50,795 bases of DNA from a virus (taxonomy: Duplodnaviria; Heunggongvirae; Uroviricota; Caudoviricetes), in the IMG/VR virus record IMGVR_UViG_3300008262_000042, positions 128,803 through 179,597 of that record; one strand, 5' to 3'. Under the pieces are notes generated by a model, which was given only the letters and a program-made list of their open reading frames with translations, ran no database searches and was not told where the DNA came from. Made by a program: the position numbers and the translations under genes. Each line of letters begins with the position of its first letter. Position 1 is the first letter of the stretch. Below, piece by piece: positions 10,000-17,499 of this stretch.

Positions 10000-10063
10000 A
10001 CTGAGAAAACTAAATTGAGTGTGTGTCGATTTGCTTGCGAAGTAACTCAATTATGACTACAGT
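10000..10063 (-). ncRNA. Minimal Y-RNA-like element (Ro-binding stem only)
   Basis: ACUGUAGUC-AUAAUUGAG-UUACUUCG...ACUCAAUU...UUCUCAGU; motif shared with five other elements, downstream of Ro60. Confidence 0.65.
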
Positions 10064-10074
10064 ATTAATAAGGT

Positions 10075-10274
10075 AACCGAGATTATAGGGATGAGTCGTT
10101 CGGTAGCTCCGAACAGCCTAGTGAATTTACGCTCGTTGTCAAGCTCCCACCTGTGGAAACCAGTATACGTCCTCTTCACTTAGATATGGAGGGATTTCTT
10201 GCTTGTTATCTGAATTTAAAGTTGTCCTTGCGGACGGTTTTAATTTCGAAGTACCTCATACCCTTACTACGGTA
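10075..10274 (-). ncRNA. Y-RNA-like element with a large non-tRNA insert
   Basis: ACCGUAGU-AAGGGUAUGAG-GUACUUCG...ACUCAUCCCU...CUCGGU enclosing ~150 nt of hairpins. Confidence 0.65.
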
Positions 10275-10281
10275 ATATTTT

Positions 10282-10444
10282 AAAACAATTAGATAGTAAA
10301 CTTCGTCAAGAATCTTGCTAACACATCACAATGTTGATATAATCTCAGATGCTGCTTCACACACCATAAAAGAGAGTTCTAAGTGTGTACCCTTGTGTTG
10401 CTGCTCTTCCAGCTGTTTTACCTACACCTTTTCCTAATTGTTTT
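10282..10444 (-). ncRNA. Unidentified structured RNA
   Basis: 11-bp closing stem AAAACAAUUAG/CUAAUUGUUUU; no ORF; promoter-like and boxA-like motifs directly upstream. Confidence 0.45.
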
Positions 10445-10471
10445 TATCAAAGATCTATTATATATAAATAT

Positions 10472-10496
10472 ACAGGCGGCGTGTTATACCGCCTGT
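10472..10496 (-). terminator. Hairpin after the Ro60 stop codon
   Basis: ACAGGCGG...CCGCCTGT inverted repeat. Confidence 0.55.
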
Positions 10497-10500
10497 TATA

Positions 10501-12042
10501 TTAGATTTCAATCGCCTCGATTGCCTTAATTAACACTTTTGGATCAATTTCAACCTTCTTGATCAGTTCGTAGATGTCCGCTGAGTAGCCATGGATTTGA
10601 TAGATCTTTTCTCCTGGCTTGAACATTGTAGTTCCGTATCCAGTGATGTCTACACAATATACGTGAGCATCTTTGTAAGATGAACGTTCTAATCTATCAC
10701 GTCCTTGCATATCACTGATTACGAATACACGATCATACTTACCTCCTAAAGTTGGCATAATACTGTTGAAAGCTGTGCCGTAACCTACTGAACCTTGAGC
10801 TGATGTGAATAAACGCTTAAGCGAGTTAACACTATCAAGCGGATTGAACTTAATCATTCTGCAAGAGTCAGCAAAGTGGTATACATCTGCATTGATACCT
10901 TTTGCGAGAGTTGCTGCGATCAGAGCAGCCTTATCGATTGCTCTTTCTGAACCTCTCTTATTGCTCACAAGTCTGATTGGAGTGTCCATTGAACCTGAGC
11001 TATCAAATACTACTGCAGTTTTACCTGATGTGAATAGTTCTGTAAGGTTTGGAATAGATAATTCGTATGCCTTATTCAGAGCTTCCATGAAAGGTCTTGC
11101 TTTACTTGCTCCGAATTCATCTAACATTATTTCTAATGCTAAATCGATTTGGTGCGGAAACACAAGCGATTGCTTAATTAGCTTGCTGTCAGTTAAGAGT
11201 TCACAAGCGCCTTTAACAATTTCTGACTTAGCTCCAGTGTTTAAGATGTTTCTTAGGTTACGAAGTAACGCTAAATATCCAATCTTACGTGTTGCAATTA
11301 ATTCAGCATAGTTTTCTTCCTTAGCTTGATCTAATTGAACTTTTGCTTGTTCAGCTGTAATAGTACCTGACTTAACCTTAGCTGCAACTTCTTGACCAGC
11401 CTTAGTGTTCTTATCTTCAACAGTATTGAATTGCTTTAATTCGCCCTTCATTAACTTTGCAAACACCGGCTTCATCTTTTCAGATGGCTTAGGGTGCACA
11501 AGGTTAACGATGTCTACTAAAGATAGATCACGGTTCTTCGCTTGGTACTTAGCTAATTCATACTCATCAGCATTTTCTAAAGCTGCTTTGAAACCCTTTT
11601 TGATAGCGTTTGAAAGTTGCTTTCCTGGATTACGTGCTATGTAACAAGATGCGATTTCAAGCATATCGTCTAAACGAAATATGATACCGCCCTTGTTTTC
11701 CTTACGAGCTCTCTTAGAGAAGAACTTAGCACCTAAAGAGTCGCCTGATAGAACTTTTGCTAACTCTACTGCACCGAAGTGAGTAACTGTTCTTTGTCCC
11801 ATCACAGTACGAGCATAAATAAGAGCTTTTGCTGCGAACAATTTATCTTTCTTTGCAACCTCTGCGATTACATTAGATAAACGTTGTTCACGCTCTCCTG
11901 CTTTTTCGTAATACTTGTTGTCTAATCCTGTAGCTAGAATTGCTACTAATTCATGTTTAGGGTCATACTTGTACCCTACACCACCTTGGTGGTTTGTAAC
12001 TGCTGTTACTTTTGGTTTTGCTTTTGCATTGTAACGTGCCAT
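10501..12042 (-). CDS. rsr: Ro60 / TROVE-domain RNA-binding protein with vWA domain
   Basis: N..GG.GY, YQAK.R, D..NLVHPKP, ALLRNLRN, VFP, and the vWA MIDAS motif DSSGSM...ISDMQ. Confidence 0.92.
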   Translation of the reverse strand: MARYNAKAKPKVTAVTNHQGGVGYKYDPKHELVAILATGLDNKYYEKAGEREQRLSNVIAEVAKKDKLFAAKALIYARTVMGQRTVTHFGAVELAKVLSGDSLGAKFFSKRARKENKGGIIFRLDDMLEIASCYIARNPGKQLSNAIKKGFKAALENADEYELAKYQAKNRDLSLVDIVNLVHPKPSEKMKPVFAKLMKGELKQFNTVEDKNTKAGQEVAAKVKSGTITAEQAKVQLDQAKEENYAELIATRKIGYLALLRNLRNILNTGAKSEIVKGACELLTDSKLIKQSLVFPHQIDLALEIMLDEFGASKARPFMEALNKAYELSIPNLTELFTSGKTAVVFDSSGSMDTPIRLVSNKRGSERAIDKAALIAATLAKGINADVYHFADSCRMIKFNPLDSVNSLKRLFTSAQGSVGYGTAFNSIMPTLGGKYDRVFVISDMQGRDRLERSSYKDAHVYCVDITGYGTTMFKPGEKIYQIHGYSADIYELIKKVEIDPKVLIKAIEAIEI

Positions 12043-12079
12043 TTTACTACTAATTTAAAGTTAGAGAATTGTTTTAAGT

Positions 12080-12119
12080 AATTCATATAGGAATCGAACC
12101 TATGTTAACCATTTGAATT
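12080..12119 (-). ncRNA. Mini tRNA-like element (acceptor + T arm) in the Ro60 leader
   Basis: AAUUCA...AUAGG-UUCGAUU-CCUAU-AUGAAUU. Confidence 0.55.
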
Positions 12120-12122
12120 AAA

Positions 12123-13008
12123 AAAGACTTGAGACTATAGTCTTGACGTCGATACTTTCAAGAGATTATATTATTTTCCTCTTTTGTCCAATAGCTTTTG
12201 ACTATTATACCGACAATGCCGATTAGTTAGACTAATCACCCCTTAAGTCACTTTGTTTGGACTACTCTCTCCTTACTCCGTCCGTTCTACTCTGCCGAGC
12301 AGATTAATCCTTGCGAGATTACGACCTTTTCGAGAAAATCACCTTCGGCTTGCGGCCTTAGATGGCATCTGACGACCAGATACTATGTAGGCATTTTTCG
12401 TCCGTGACTGGCAAGCGCTTATGCTCTAATTTATTAGATTAATAGATTTCGCTACAAATGCAAATTATTAAAGTTTGACTTGTGGATTGTAAAGGTAGTG
12501 GCTTGCCCTGAACCGGCTCCGCTTTTGGCAGAGTAGATATTCAACTACCTTTTGAAATGTCCCCATTTCCATGTTTTAAGATTCCTTCACGCAACATACT
12601 CTTGGTAGAGTACATCGCAGATGAACAACAGCACCACCTGTACGAACATATACCTTTCGGTTTTAAGATACCTCTCACATTGATTAACGCAATCACGTAA
12701 CTGGATGAGCTACGCCCTTTGCATACAATCTATAGGTTATTCTTATTGGAGTTCCCTCCTCAATCGGACGACCCACATCGCCCAATTACAAATCCACTTT
12801 CCCTACAGTGTTACCCTCAGTACTGAAGGATTCGTAATACCCTACTTGCATACTCGAGCATCTTTACAGATGCCGCAAAACGCTTCAGTCAAGCGTCTCA
12901 CTTTATACCACTTTCGTGGTTTATTTAACGACTATATGCCGCCGAATGTTATTTATCGAACTTCTTCAATTAAACCGAAGCCATCAAGAAGATGTTCGAA
13001 TGGATAAC
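12123..13008 (-). ncRNA. GOLLD-like giant non-coding RNA (~885 nt)
   Basis: GC-richer, hairpin-dense and without a credible ORF; motifs recalled from GOLLD (GUUAUCCAUU start, GGCGGCAUAUAGUCG, GAGGGUAACACUGUAGGGAAAG, GCCUACAUAG); tRNA-array context; needs Rfam confirmation. Confidence 0.75.
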
Positions 13009-13095
13009 AATATTTTCAAAGAACTTAATTTGATATAATTAACAATGATATAATGTAAATATACATCAACTTTTTCAATCTAAAAAACTTTCGTT

Positions 13096-13379
13096 TTAGG
13101 TATGATTTATTTTTACCCTTATACAAGTTTGCGGTAACCCACAATTCATGAGATAGTTATTAACATATCCCATTATATTTGCCGCCCCTATTGGATTGGC
13201 ACTATGAACGTAGATCTGCGGAAGAGGTATTTTGGTTTGCATACTCTTGCTTACCAGCCACTTTGCACAATCGTATCCGGTCTTTTCAACTATGTTACCG
13301 TAATCTTAACAACAACCCAGTTCTCAACGTCTACAGGTGTTCTGATGTCATCCAAGTAGATGTATTTTTTCTTTATCAT
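13096..13379 (-). pseudogene. Cyclic-phosphate-processing receiver-domain gene with internal deletion/frameshift
   Basis: One frame reads MIKKKYIYLDDIRTP...W.VVK; another reads ...EKTGYDCAKWLV...VHSANPIGAANI; the central DHDLG block is missing. Confidence 0.7.
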
Positions 13380-13434
13380 ATCGTGCTCGTGGTCGGGGTC
13401 GAACCGACACGGACCCTTCGGTCCACAAGATTTT

Positions 13435-14129
13435 CTTACTACTATAGTTTTCACTACCACATTAACGTGTTTGTAGTCTGGACTATACCTTCACCATATT
13501 TTTCAATTTAGGTGTTCCGTGTCTAGTCTCTACACCTTCCCTTTCAGGCTTGGCTCGGTATTACCATTTTAAAGGTTTCACCGAATTTACGGAATTCTAC
13601 TCTTTAGATTTCTCTAAAGGCACTCAATTTCTTTTCTTTGAACGAAATGTGTGTGTTTGCGAATGACAATTTGGACAAAGCATTCTTAGGTTATCAATTT
13701 TATGATTATGACTATTACCATCGATATGGTCTAGTTCGATCATTAATGGTTTTCCTAACCAAGAATCTAATCCGCAAATATTACATTCATTTTTAAATAT
13801 ACCCTCTTTTAGTAATCGTATTTTTAATTTATACGTCTGAAATGATGGATGCTTACCTTCTAAAATCTCTTTTAGTTGTATTTTAGGATCAATAGGTTTT
13901 TTAACACCTTTTAATCCTTTATTTGGTTTATAACATCCAAACTTTTCTGCTACTCTTTTTAGAGTATTAAAATGAACTTTTAATTTAATAGCAGCGATAG
14001 TCATTGACTCACTACTATTGCAAACTTCTGTAACTCTTTCTTTTGTTAAATCTTTTCTCATATATTATAAATATAATACACATAAGAAAATATTAGTCGT
14101 TACATTAATTAAATTCAAAGAACTTATAT
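13435..14129 (-). mobile_element. Group I intron (IC3-like) carrying an HNH gene
   Basis: Core motifs AAAUUCGGUGAAAC, AAUACCGAGCCAAG, GUAGAGACUAGA, GAAGGUAUAGUCC; terminal G; inserted after U34. Confidence 0.88.
13624..14061 (-). CDS. Intron-encoded HNH homing endonuclease
   Basis: CNIC...ELDHIDGNSHNH..DNLRMLCPNCH. Confidence 0.9.
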   Translation of the reverse strand: MRKDLTKERVTEVCNSSESMTIAAIKLKVHFNTLKRVAEKFGCYKPNKGLKGVKKPIDPKIQLKEILEGKHPSFQTYKLKIRLLKEGIFKNECNICGLDSWLGKPLMIELDHIDGNSHNHKIDNLRMLCPNCHSQTHTFRSKKRN

Positions 14130-14172
14130 AAGTCTTGCGCGTGCTGCCAATTTCGCCACACGAGCTTTAATG

Positions 14173-14255
14173 TGCCCCAAGAGAGACTCGAACTCTCACA
14201 CCTTTCGGAATATGGGCCTAAACCATACGTGTCTACCAAATTCCACCATCAGGGC
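14173..14255 (-). tRNA. trnL: tRNA-Leu(UAG)
   Basis: Cloverleaf, loop UUUAGGC, long variable arm. Confidence 0.85.
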
Positions 14256-14261
14256 ATAATG

Positions 14262-14416
14262 CTGTATCGGGAGGAGTCGAACCATCCATGCTGCGATTCA
14301 GTAAAGGACAAAGTCGCCGGCGTGTGGTCAATCCATATCCTATTACCTATTTCGTGATCAGCGCCCACGAGACGAGTGGGTGTGTCTGCCATGCGTACGC
14401 ATTTCACCACGATACA
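14262..14416 (-). ncRNA. Oversized tRNA-like RNA (155 nt)
   Basis: Acceptor UGUAUCG/CGAUACA, D and T arms, non-canonical loop UCGUCUC, ~75-nt variable region. Confidence 0.65.
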
Positions 14417-14424
14417 ATGTTAAG

Positions 14425-14496
14425 TGATCCGGAGTGGGGTCGAACCACTAACCTACAGCTTAGAAGGCTGTTGCTCTTCCATTGAGCTACCGGACC
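14425..14496 (-). tRNA. trnR: tRNA-Arg(UCU)
   Basis: Cloverleaf, loop CUUCUAA. Confidence 0.92.
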
Positions 14497-14501
14497 AGAT
14501 T

Positions 14502-14609
14502 AAGCTAGTGAGAGATTCACACTCCCATCTCCCGACAGATTAAGGAATGCTATTCCGGTCAGGGCGTTAACTAATGTCGGTATTCATTCCCGATTACGCC
14601 AACTAGCTT
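14502..14609 (-). ncRNA. Degenerate tRNA-like RNA
   Basis: AAGCUAGU/ACUAGCUU closing stem, expanded D arm, T-like arm GGGAG-UGUGAAU-CUCUC, no anticodon loop. Confidence 0.5.
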
Positions 14610-14616
14610 GTTTTTG

Positions 14617-14689
14617 AGCGGAATGCCAGGCTCGAACTGGCTGCCTCCGACTTGGAAGGACGGCGCTCTACCAAATGAGCTAATTCCGC
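14617..14689 (-). tRNA. trnG: tRNA-Gly(UCC)
   Basis: Cloverleaf, loop CUUCCAA. Confidence 0.9.
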
Positions 14690-14909
14690 ATTTTCCCCAT
14701 AGCGAGATTTTCTATGAGTAGTCGTATCGGTTTTTACTATTTGAAAAACCTGCTGGGCATCCCCGATAAAAAGTCAGTTCTTTACGTCGGAGGTGCAGAA
14801 CTTTGCTACCCTTTATCCGAATCGAAATTCCTTCGGTGGAAATTTTTTATCCCCATCCATTGTTAAATGAGTCTTGGATGAAAGACTTCTGAGTACCTCT
14901 TACTCATTG

Positions 14910-15033
14910 TAGTCAGGACAGGATTCGAACCTATACGATGTTTTATATCTGTTCCCCATGTGGCCTTTATGGGTATCTACATCTCACATTGTATTTCTAC
15001 TACTTAGCGTCTAGCCAATTGCGCCACCTGACT
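14910..15033 (-). ncRNA. tRNA-scaffold variable-core element, copy A
   Basis: AGUCAGG-UGGCG..D..GACGC-[unique core]-AUAGG-UUCGAAU-CCUGU-CCUGACU. Confidence 0.75.
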
Positions 15034-15038
15034 ATTTG

Positions 15039-15110
15039 AGCTCAGTAACAGAGTCGAACTGTTGTTTCAAGATTACAAATCTAGCGTTCTACCGATTGAA
15101 CTAACCGAGC
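15039..15110 (-). tRNA. trnT: tRNA-Thr(UGU)
   Basis: Cloverleaf, loop UUUGUAA. Confidence 0.88.
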
Positions 15111-15114
15111 AATA

Positions 15115-15203
15115 GAGGATGAGAAGTCCTCTGTGTTGTAAGGCTACTATTGTTTTAAGTTCCTTCTCTCAACATTTCAATTCCTTTCTCAAGAGAACAA
15201 CAC
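15115..15203 (-). ncRNA. Kissing-loop structured RNA, copy 1
   Basis: GUGUUG...CAACAC stem; loop UGAGAA complementary to loop UUCUCA; second copy at 29601. Confidence 0.6.
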
Positions 15204-15206
15204 CTG

Positions 15207-15275
15207 TTGCGTATATTAGTGTCGAACTAATCTAACATCGGATATGAGCCAATGTCGGTCGCCGGACCATACGCA
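15207..15275 (-). tRNA. Atypical tRNA with CAU anticodon (short D arm)
   Basis: Loop CUCAUAU, extended anticodon stem, T arm AUUAG-UUCGACA-CUAAU. Confidence 0.55.
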
Positions 15276-15417
15276 ATTTAAACACTGTTGGGATACCCGT
15301 CTCGTCCCAATCTTAACGGCTTTGTTAAAGTTTTACAACGCGTTGGCCGAGGGTGCTACTGCTTTTTACCTATGTCGGATTTGTCGACAATCCTACATAG
15401 AGACAGTCAGTGTCTAG

Positions 15418-15492
15418 TTGCGGGAGCAAGAATCGAACTTGCGTCATTTGGCTTATGAGACGAAGCTGGCACCATCTCCAGTCCACCCCACA
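15418..15492 (-). tRNA. trnM: tRNA-Met(CAU), initiator-like
   Basis: UGUGGGG/UCCCGCA acceptor, loop CUCAUAA, weak anticodon stem. Confidence 0.7.
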
Positions 15493-15502
15493 ATAATAAT
15501 TT

Positions 15503-15641
15503 GACCGAGAAACCTAGTCGCCTGTGTTGTTGTATCACAAGTTTTCAATTTGTTGCATTTACCATTTTGCTAATTCGCCATAGTGGCAAATATTGGAGTC
15601 GAACCAATAATTACGAAGTAAGGCAATCTATTACTACGGAC
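15503..15641 (-). ncRNA. YrlA-type Y RNA with an extra anticodon-like arm
   Basis: CCGUAGU...UUACUUCG stem, then T arm, closed acceptor stem UUUGCCA/UGGCGAA, D arm and an arm with AUUGAAAA. Confidence 0.75.
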
Positions 15642-15648
15642 AATAAGT

Positions 15649-15798
15649 TCAGCAAAGAATGTTTCCAACAGTTGTGTTACGTGCTCTACCACTGAGCTAT
15701 CTCCCAATAAGATTTCTTTTAATAGTTGGGAGAGATGGAATCGAACCACCGACCACGGCATTAGGAGTGCGAAGTAACTGTTTAGATTACTATTGCTA
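15649..15798 (-). ncRNA. yrlA: YrlA-type Y RNA (permuted tRNA-like domain)
   Basis: Ro stem + GGUGG-UUCGAUU-CCAUC, UCUCCCAA/UUGGGAGA closed acceptor stem, UAGCUCAGUGGUAGAGC D arm. Confidence 0.82.
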
Positions 15799-15823
15799 AA
15801 TATTTTCAAAGATCTATTTTATG

Positions 15824-15896
15824 TTGACCCTATCGGACTCGAACCGATAACTTACGCGTTATGAGCGCGGCACTCTAACCATTGAGTTAAGGGTCA
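15824..15896 (-). tRNA. tRNA with CAU anticodon (Ile2-lysidine or elongator Met)
   Basis: Cloverleaf, loop CUCAUAA. Confidence 0.85.
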
Positions 15897-15974
15897 ATTT
15901 AACCATCTACTTTCTCTAGAACTGTCGGTCACCATCCACGTCATGCGCTGGTTGAACCTAGCAGATAGTTATCG

Positions 15975-16046
15975 CGGTCCGTACGAGACTCGAACTCGTA
16001 ACACTAGCGTGACAAGCTAGCAGTATAGCCCTTTACCTAACGGACC
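15975..16046 (-). tRNA. trnD: tRNA-Asp(GUC)
   Basis: Cloverleaf, loop UUGUCAC. Confidence 0.88.
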
Positions 16047-16352
16047 TTTTTTAAATAGTTTGTATCGCCTTCTAAGTAGGAAAATCATTAGCCCTTCCGT
16101 TTTATCGTAAGTAAGGCACGATCTGAAATCTTACGCGGAAATACAGTATTTTTCTGATTATTTATAACCTAAACCACTCACATCTTAGACTATGAGGTAA
16201 CAACTTTCACCTTTTCTCTTGAACCACTTTACATTTCAAGTCAGAATGTAATTGAGATAGCTATTCTCGTTTGTAGTTACTCTATTTTTCGCCCTGTAAC
16301 GGACAGTTTGTTCATTGTTACTGTTTAGTGTTAATCGATCCAAACTATCTAG

Positions 16353-16425
16353 TACTCCCGACGGGTATCGAACCCGCTCCTTTGCCTTGAAAGGGCAACG
16401 ACTCAACCATTTTGTCCTCGGGAGC
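16353..16425 (-). tRNA. trnE: tRNA-Glu(UUC)
   Basis: Cloverleaf, loop CUUUCAA. Confidence 0.9.
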
Positions 16426-16431
16426 AAAAAA

Positions 16432-16540
16432 TGATGAAAGAATATTGGTACAGTTTCAGGAGGAATTGAACCTCAAAGTTTAAACCAAAATTAAATGCCG
16501 ACCATCGGCGCGAAGTAACTGTGATCCTTACTATTCATCA
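16432..16540 (-). ncRNA. Y-RNA-like element enclosing unpermuted D, anticodon (UUG) and T arms
   Basis: UGAUGAAUAGU...ACAGUUACUUCG-GCCGAUGGUCGGC-UUUAA-UUUUGGU-UUAAA-GAGG-UUCAAUU-CCUC...ACUGU...UCUUUCAUCA. Confidence 0.7.
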
Positions 16541-16554
16541 GTGATTTTGTACAA

Positions 16555-16704
16555 TTACTTAGTAGTAACTGTATCTACCGCAACACTATCAACTTTAACG
16601 CTATCTACTGATGTAGAATCAGTTGCTTGTGAATCGTTACTTGTGTTTACTGCATTACATGATACCATTGCCATAACTGCAATTGCTAAAATTGTCTTTT
16701 TCAT
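16555..16704 (-). CDS. Small lipoprotein (49 aa; not in the ORF track)
   Basis: MKKTILAIAVMAMVSC lipobox followed by an Asp/Ser/Thr/Val-rich tail; own promoter-like motif at ~16732. Confidence 0.7.
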   Translation of the reverse strand: MKKTILAIAVMAMVSCNAVNTSNDSQATDSTSVDSVKVDSVAVDTVTTK

Positions 16705-16797
16705 TTTGCTTTTTTTGATTGTTTGATTTAAGTAAATATATGACTAATTTTTGATATAAAAAAATATACGTTTTATGTACAAAATTAAATATCTTTT

Positions 16798-16883
16798 TGG
16801 TGGTGCAGATAGGACTCGAACCTACAAGCTCCGAAGAGGGCGGATTTACAGTCCGCTGAGCCAACCAATTGCTCAACTACACC
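16798..16883 (-). tRNA. trnY: tRNA-Tyr(GUA), encoded CCA
   Basis: Cloverleaf, loop CUGUAAA, long variable arm. Confidence 0.92.
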
Positions 16884-16888
16884 AATTG

Positions 16889-16960
16889 CGCTTTCGGGGA
16901 ATTACGATATCCCGACCTTGAACTTAACAGGTTCCTGCTCTGCCTCTGAGCTACGAAAGC
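16889..16960 (-). tRNA. trnN: tRNA-Asn(GUU)
   Basis: Loop CUGUUAA; atypical T loop. Confidence 0.8.
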
Positions 16961-16966
16961 GTAGTG

Positions 16967-17040
16967 TGCTTATAAGAAGACTCGAACTTCTAACCTTCTG
17001 CTCATCAGGCAGATGCTCTAACCAATTGAGCTATATAAGC
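16967..17040 (-). tRNA. trnI: tRNA-Ile(GAU)
   Basis: Loop CUGAUGA (G37 rather than A37). Confidence 0.88.
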
Positions 17041-17160
17041 GTTTGATACGATTGCTGTTATTGGTTCGTATCAGACCTCCCCTTGCCCGTAATACAGTCT
17101 ACTCGTTACTATTCTTCACTTTCACTGTACCCTAAAGGTTTGCCGGATTCACTAGTTAAG

Positions 17161-17247
17161 CGGAGAGCATTGTAATCGAAACAAATACTTTATTCAAGTA
17201 CCACACGCTTAGCAGGCGGTGACAGCTACCCTTCTGTATTACTCTCC
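17161..17247 (-). tRNA. trnS: tRNA-Ser(GCU)
   Basis: Loop CUGCUAA, long variable arm, G discriminator. Confidence 0.78.
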
Positions 17248-17251
17248 AGTT

Positions 17252-17324
17252 GGGTGTAAGCACGGTATCGAACCGAGTTCTCAGCTTTCACAGAGCTGCG
17301 CATCACCTTAATGCTTCAAACACC
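17252..17324 (-). tRNA. trnH: tRNA-His(GUG)
   Basis: Loop CUGUGAA, C discriminator; acceptor-stem mismatches. Confidence 0.78.
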
Positions 17325-17327
17325 ATA

Positions 17328-17419
17328 TGGCGGAAGAGGTAAGACTCGAACTTACATAGCGCTCAGCACGCTAACCGGTTTTCAAGACCGGACCGATACC
17401 AATTTCGGATGACACTTCC
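17328..17419 (-). tRNA. trnS: tRNA-Ser(UGA), encoded CCA
   Basis: Loop CUUGAAA, long variable arm. Confidence 0.9.
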
Positions 17420-17424
17420 ATTTG

Positions 17425-17496
17425 ATGCTACTACTGGGTTCGAACCAGTGACAACAGAGCCAAAATCTGTTATGTTACCAATTACACTAAGTAGCA
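17425..17496 (-). tRNA. trnQ: tRNA-Gln(UUG)
   Basis: Cloverleaf, loop UUUUGGC. Confidence 0.9.
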
Positions 17497-17499
17497 TTG

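Larger units (their letters stand above)
13384..14165 (-). tRNA. trnL: tRNA-Leu(UAA) split by a group I intron (exons 14165-14130 and 13434-13384)
   Basis: Joined exons give GCUCGUG...CAAGA-CUUAAAA-UCUUG, a long variable arm and GUCGG-UUCGACC-CCGAC-CACGAGC-A. Confidence 0.88.

Noticed and set aside
9976-10050. N-terminal extension of YkuK
   Set aside because: Runs through the Y-like RNA; ATG 9975 fits the family length
10805-11644. + strand ORFs inside Ro60
   Set aside because: Antisense shadows caused by the biased codon usage of the real gene
12123-13008. rRNA fragment, RNase P RNA or group II intron
   Set aside because: Lacks universal rRNA motifs, the RNase P P4 signature and a domain V; size and motifs fit GOLLD better
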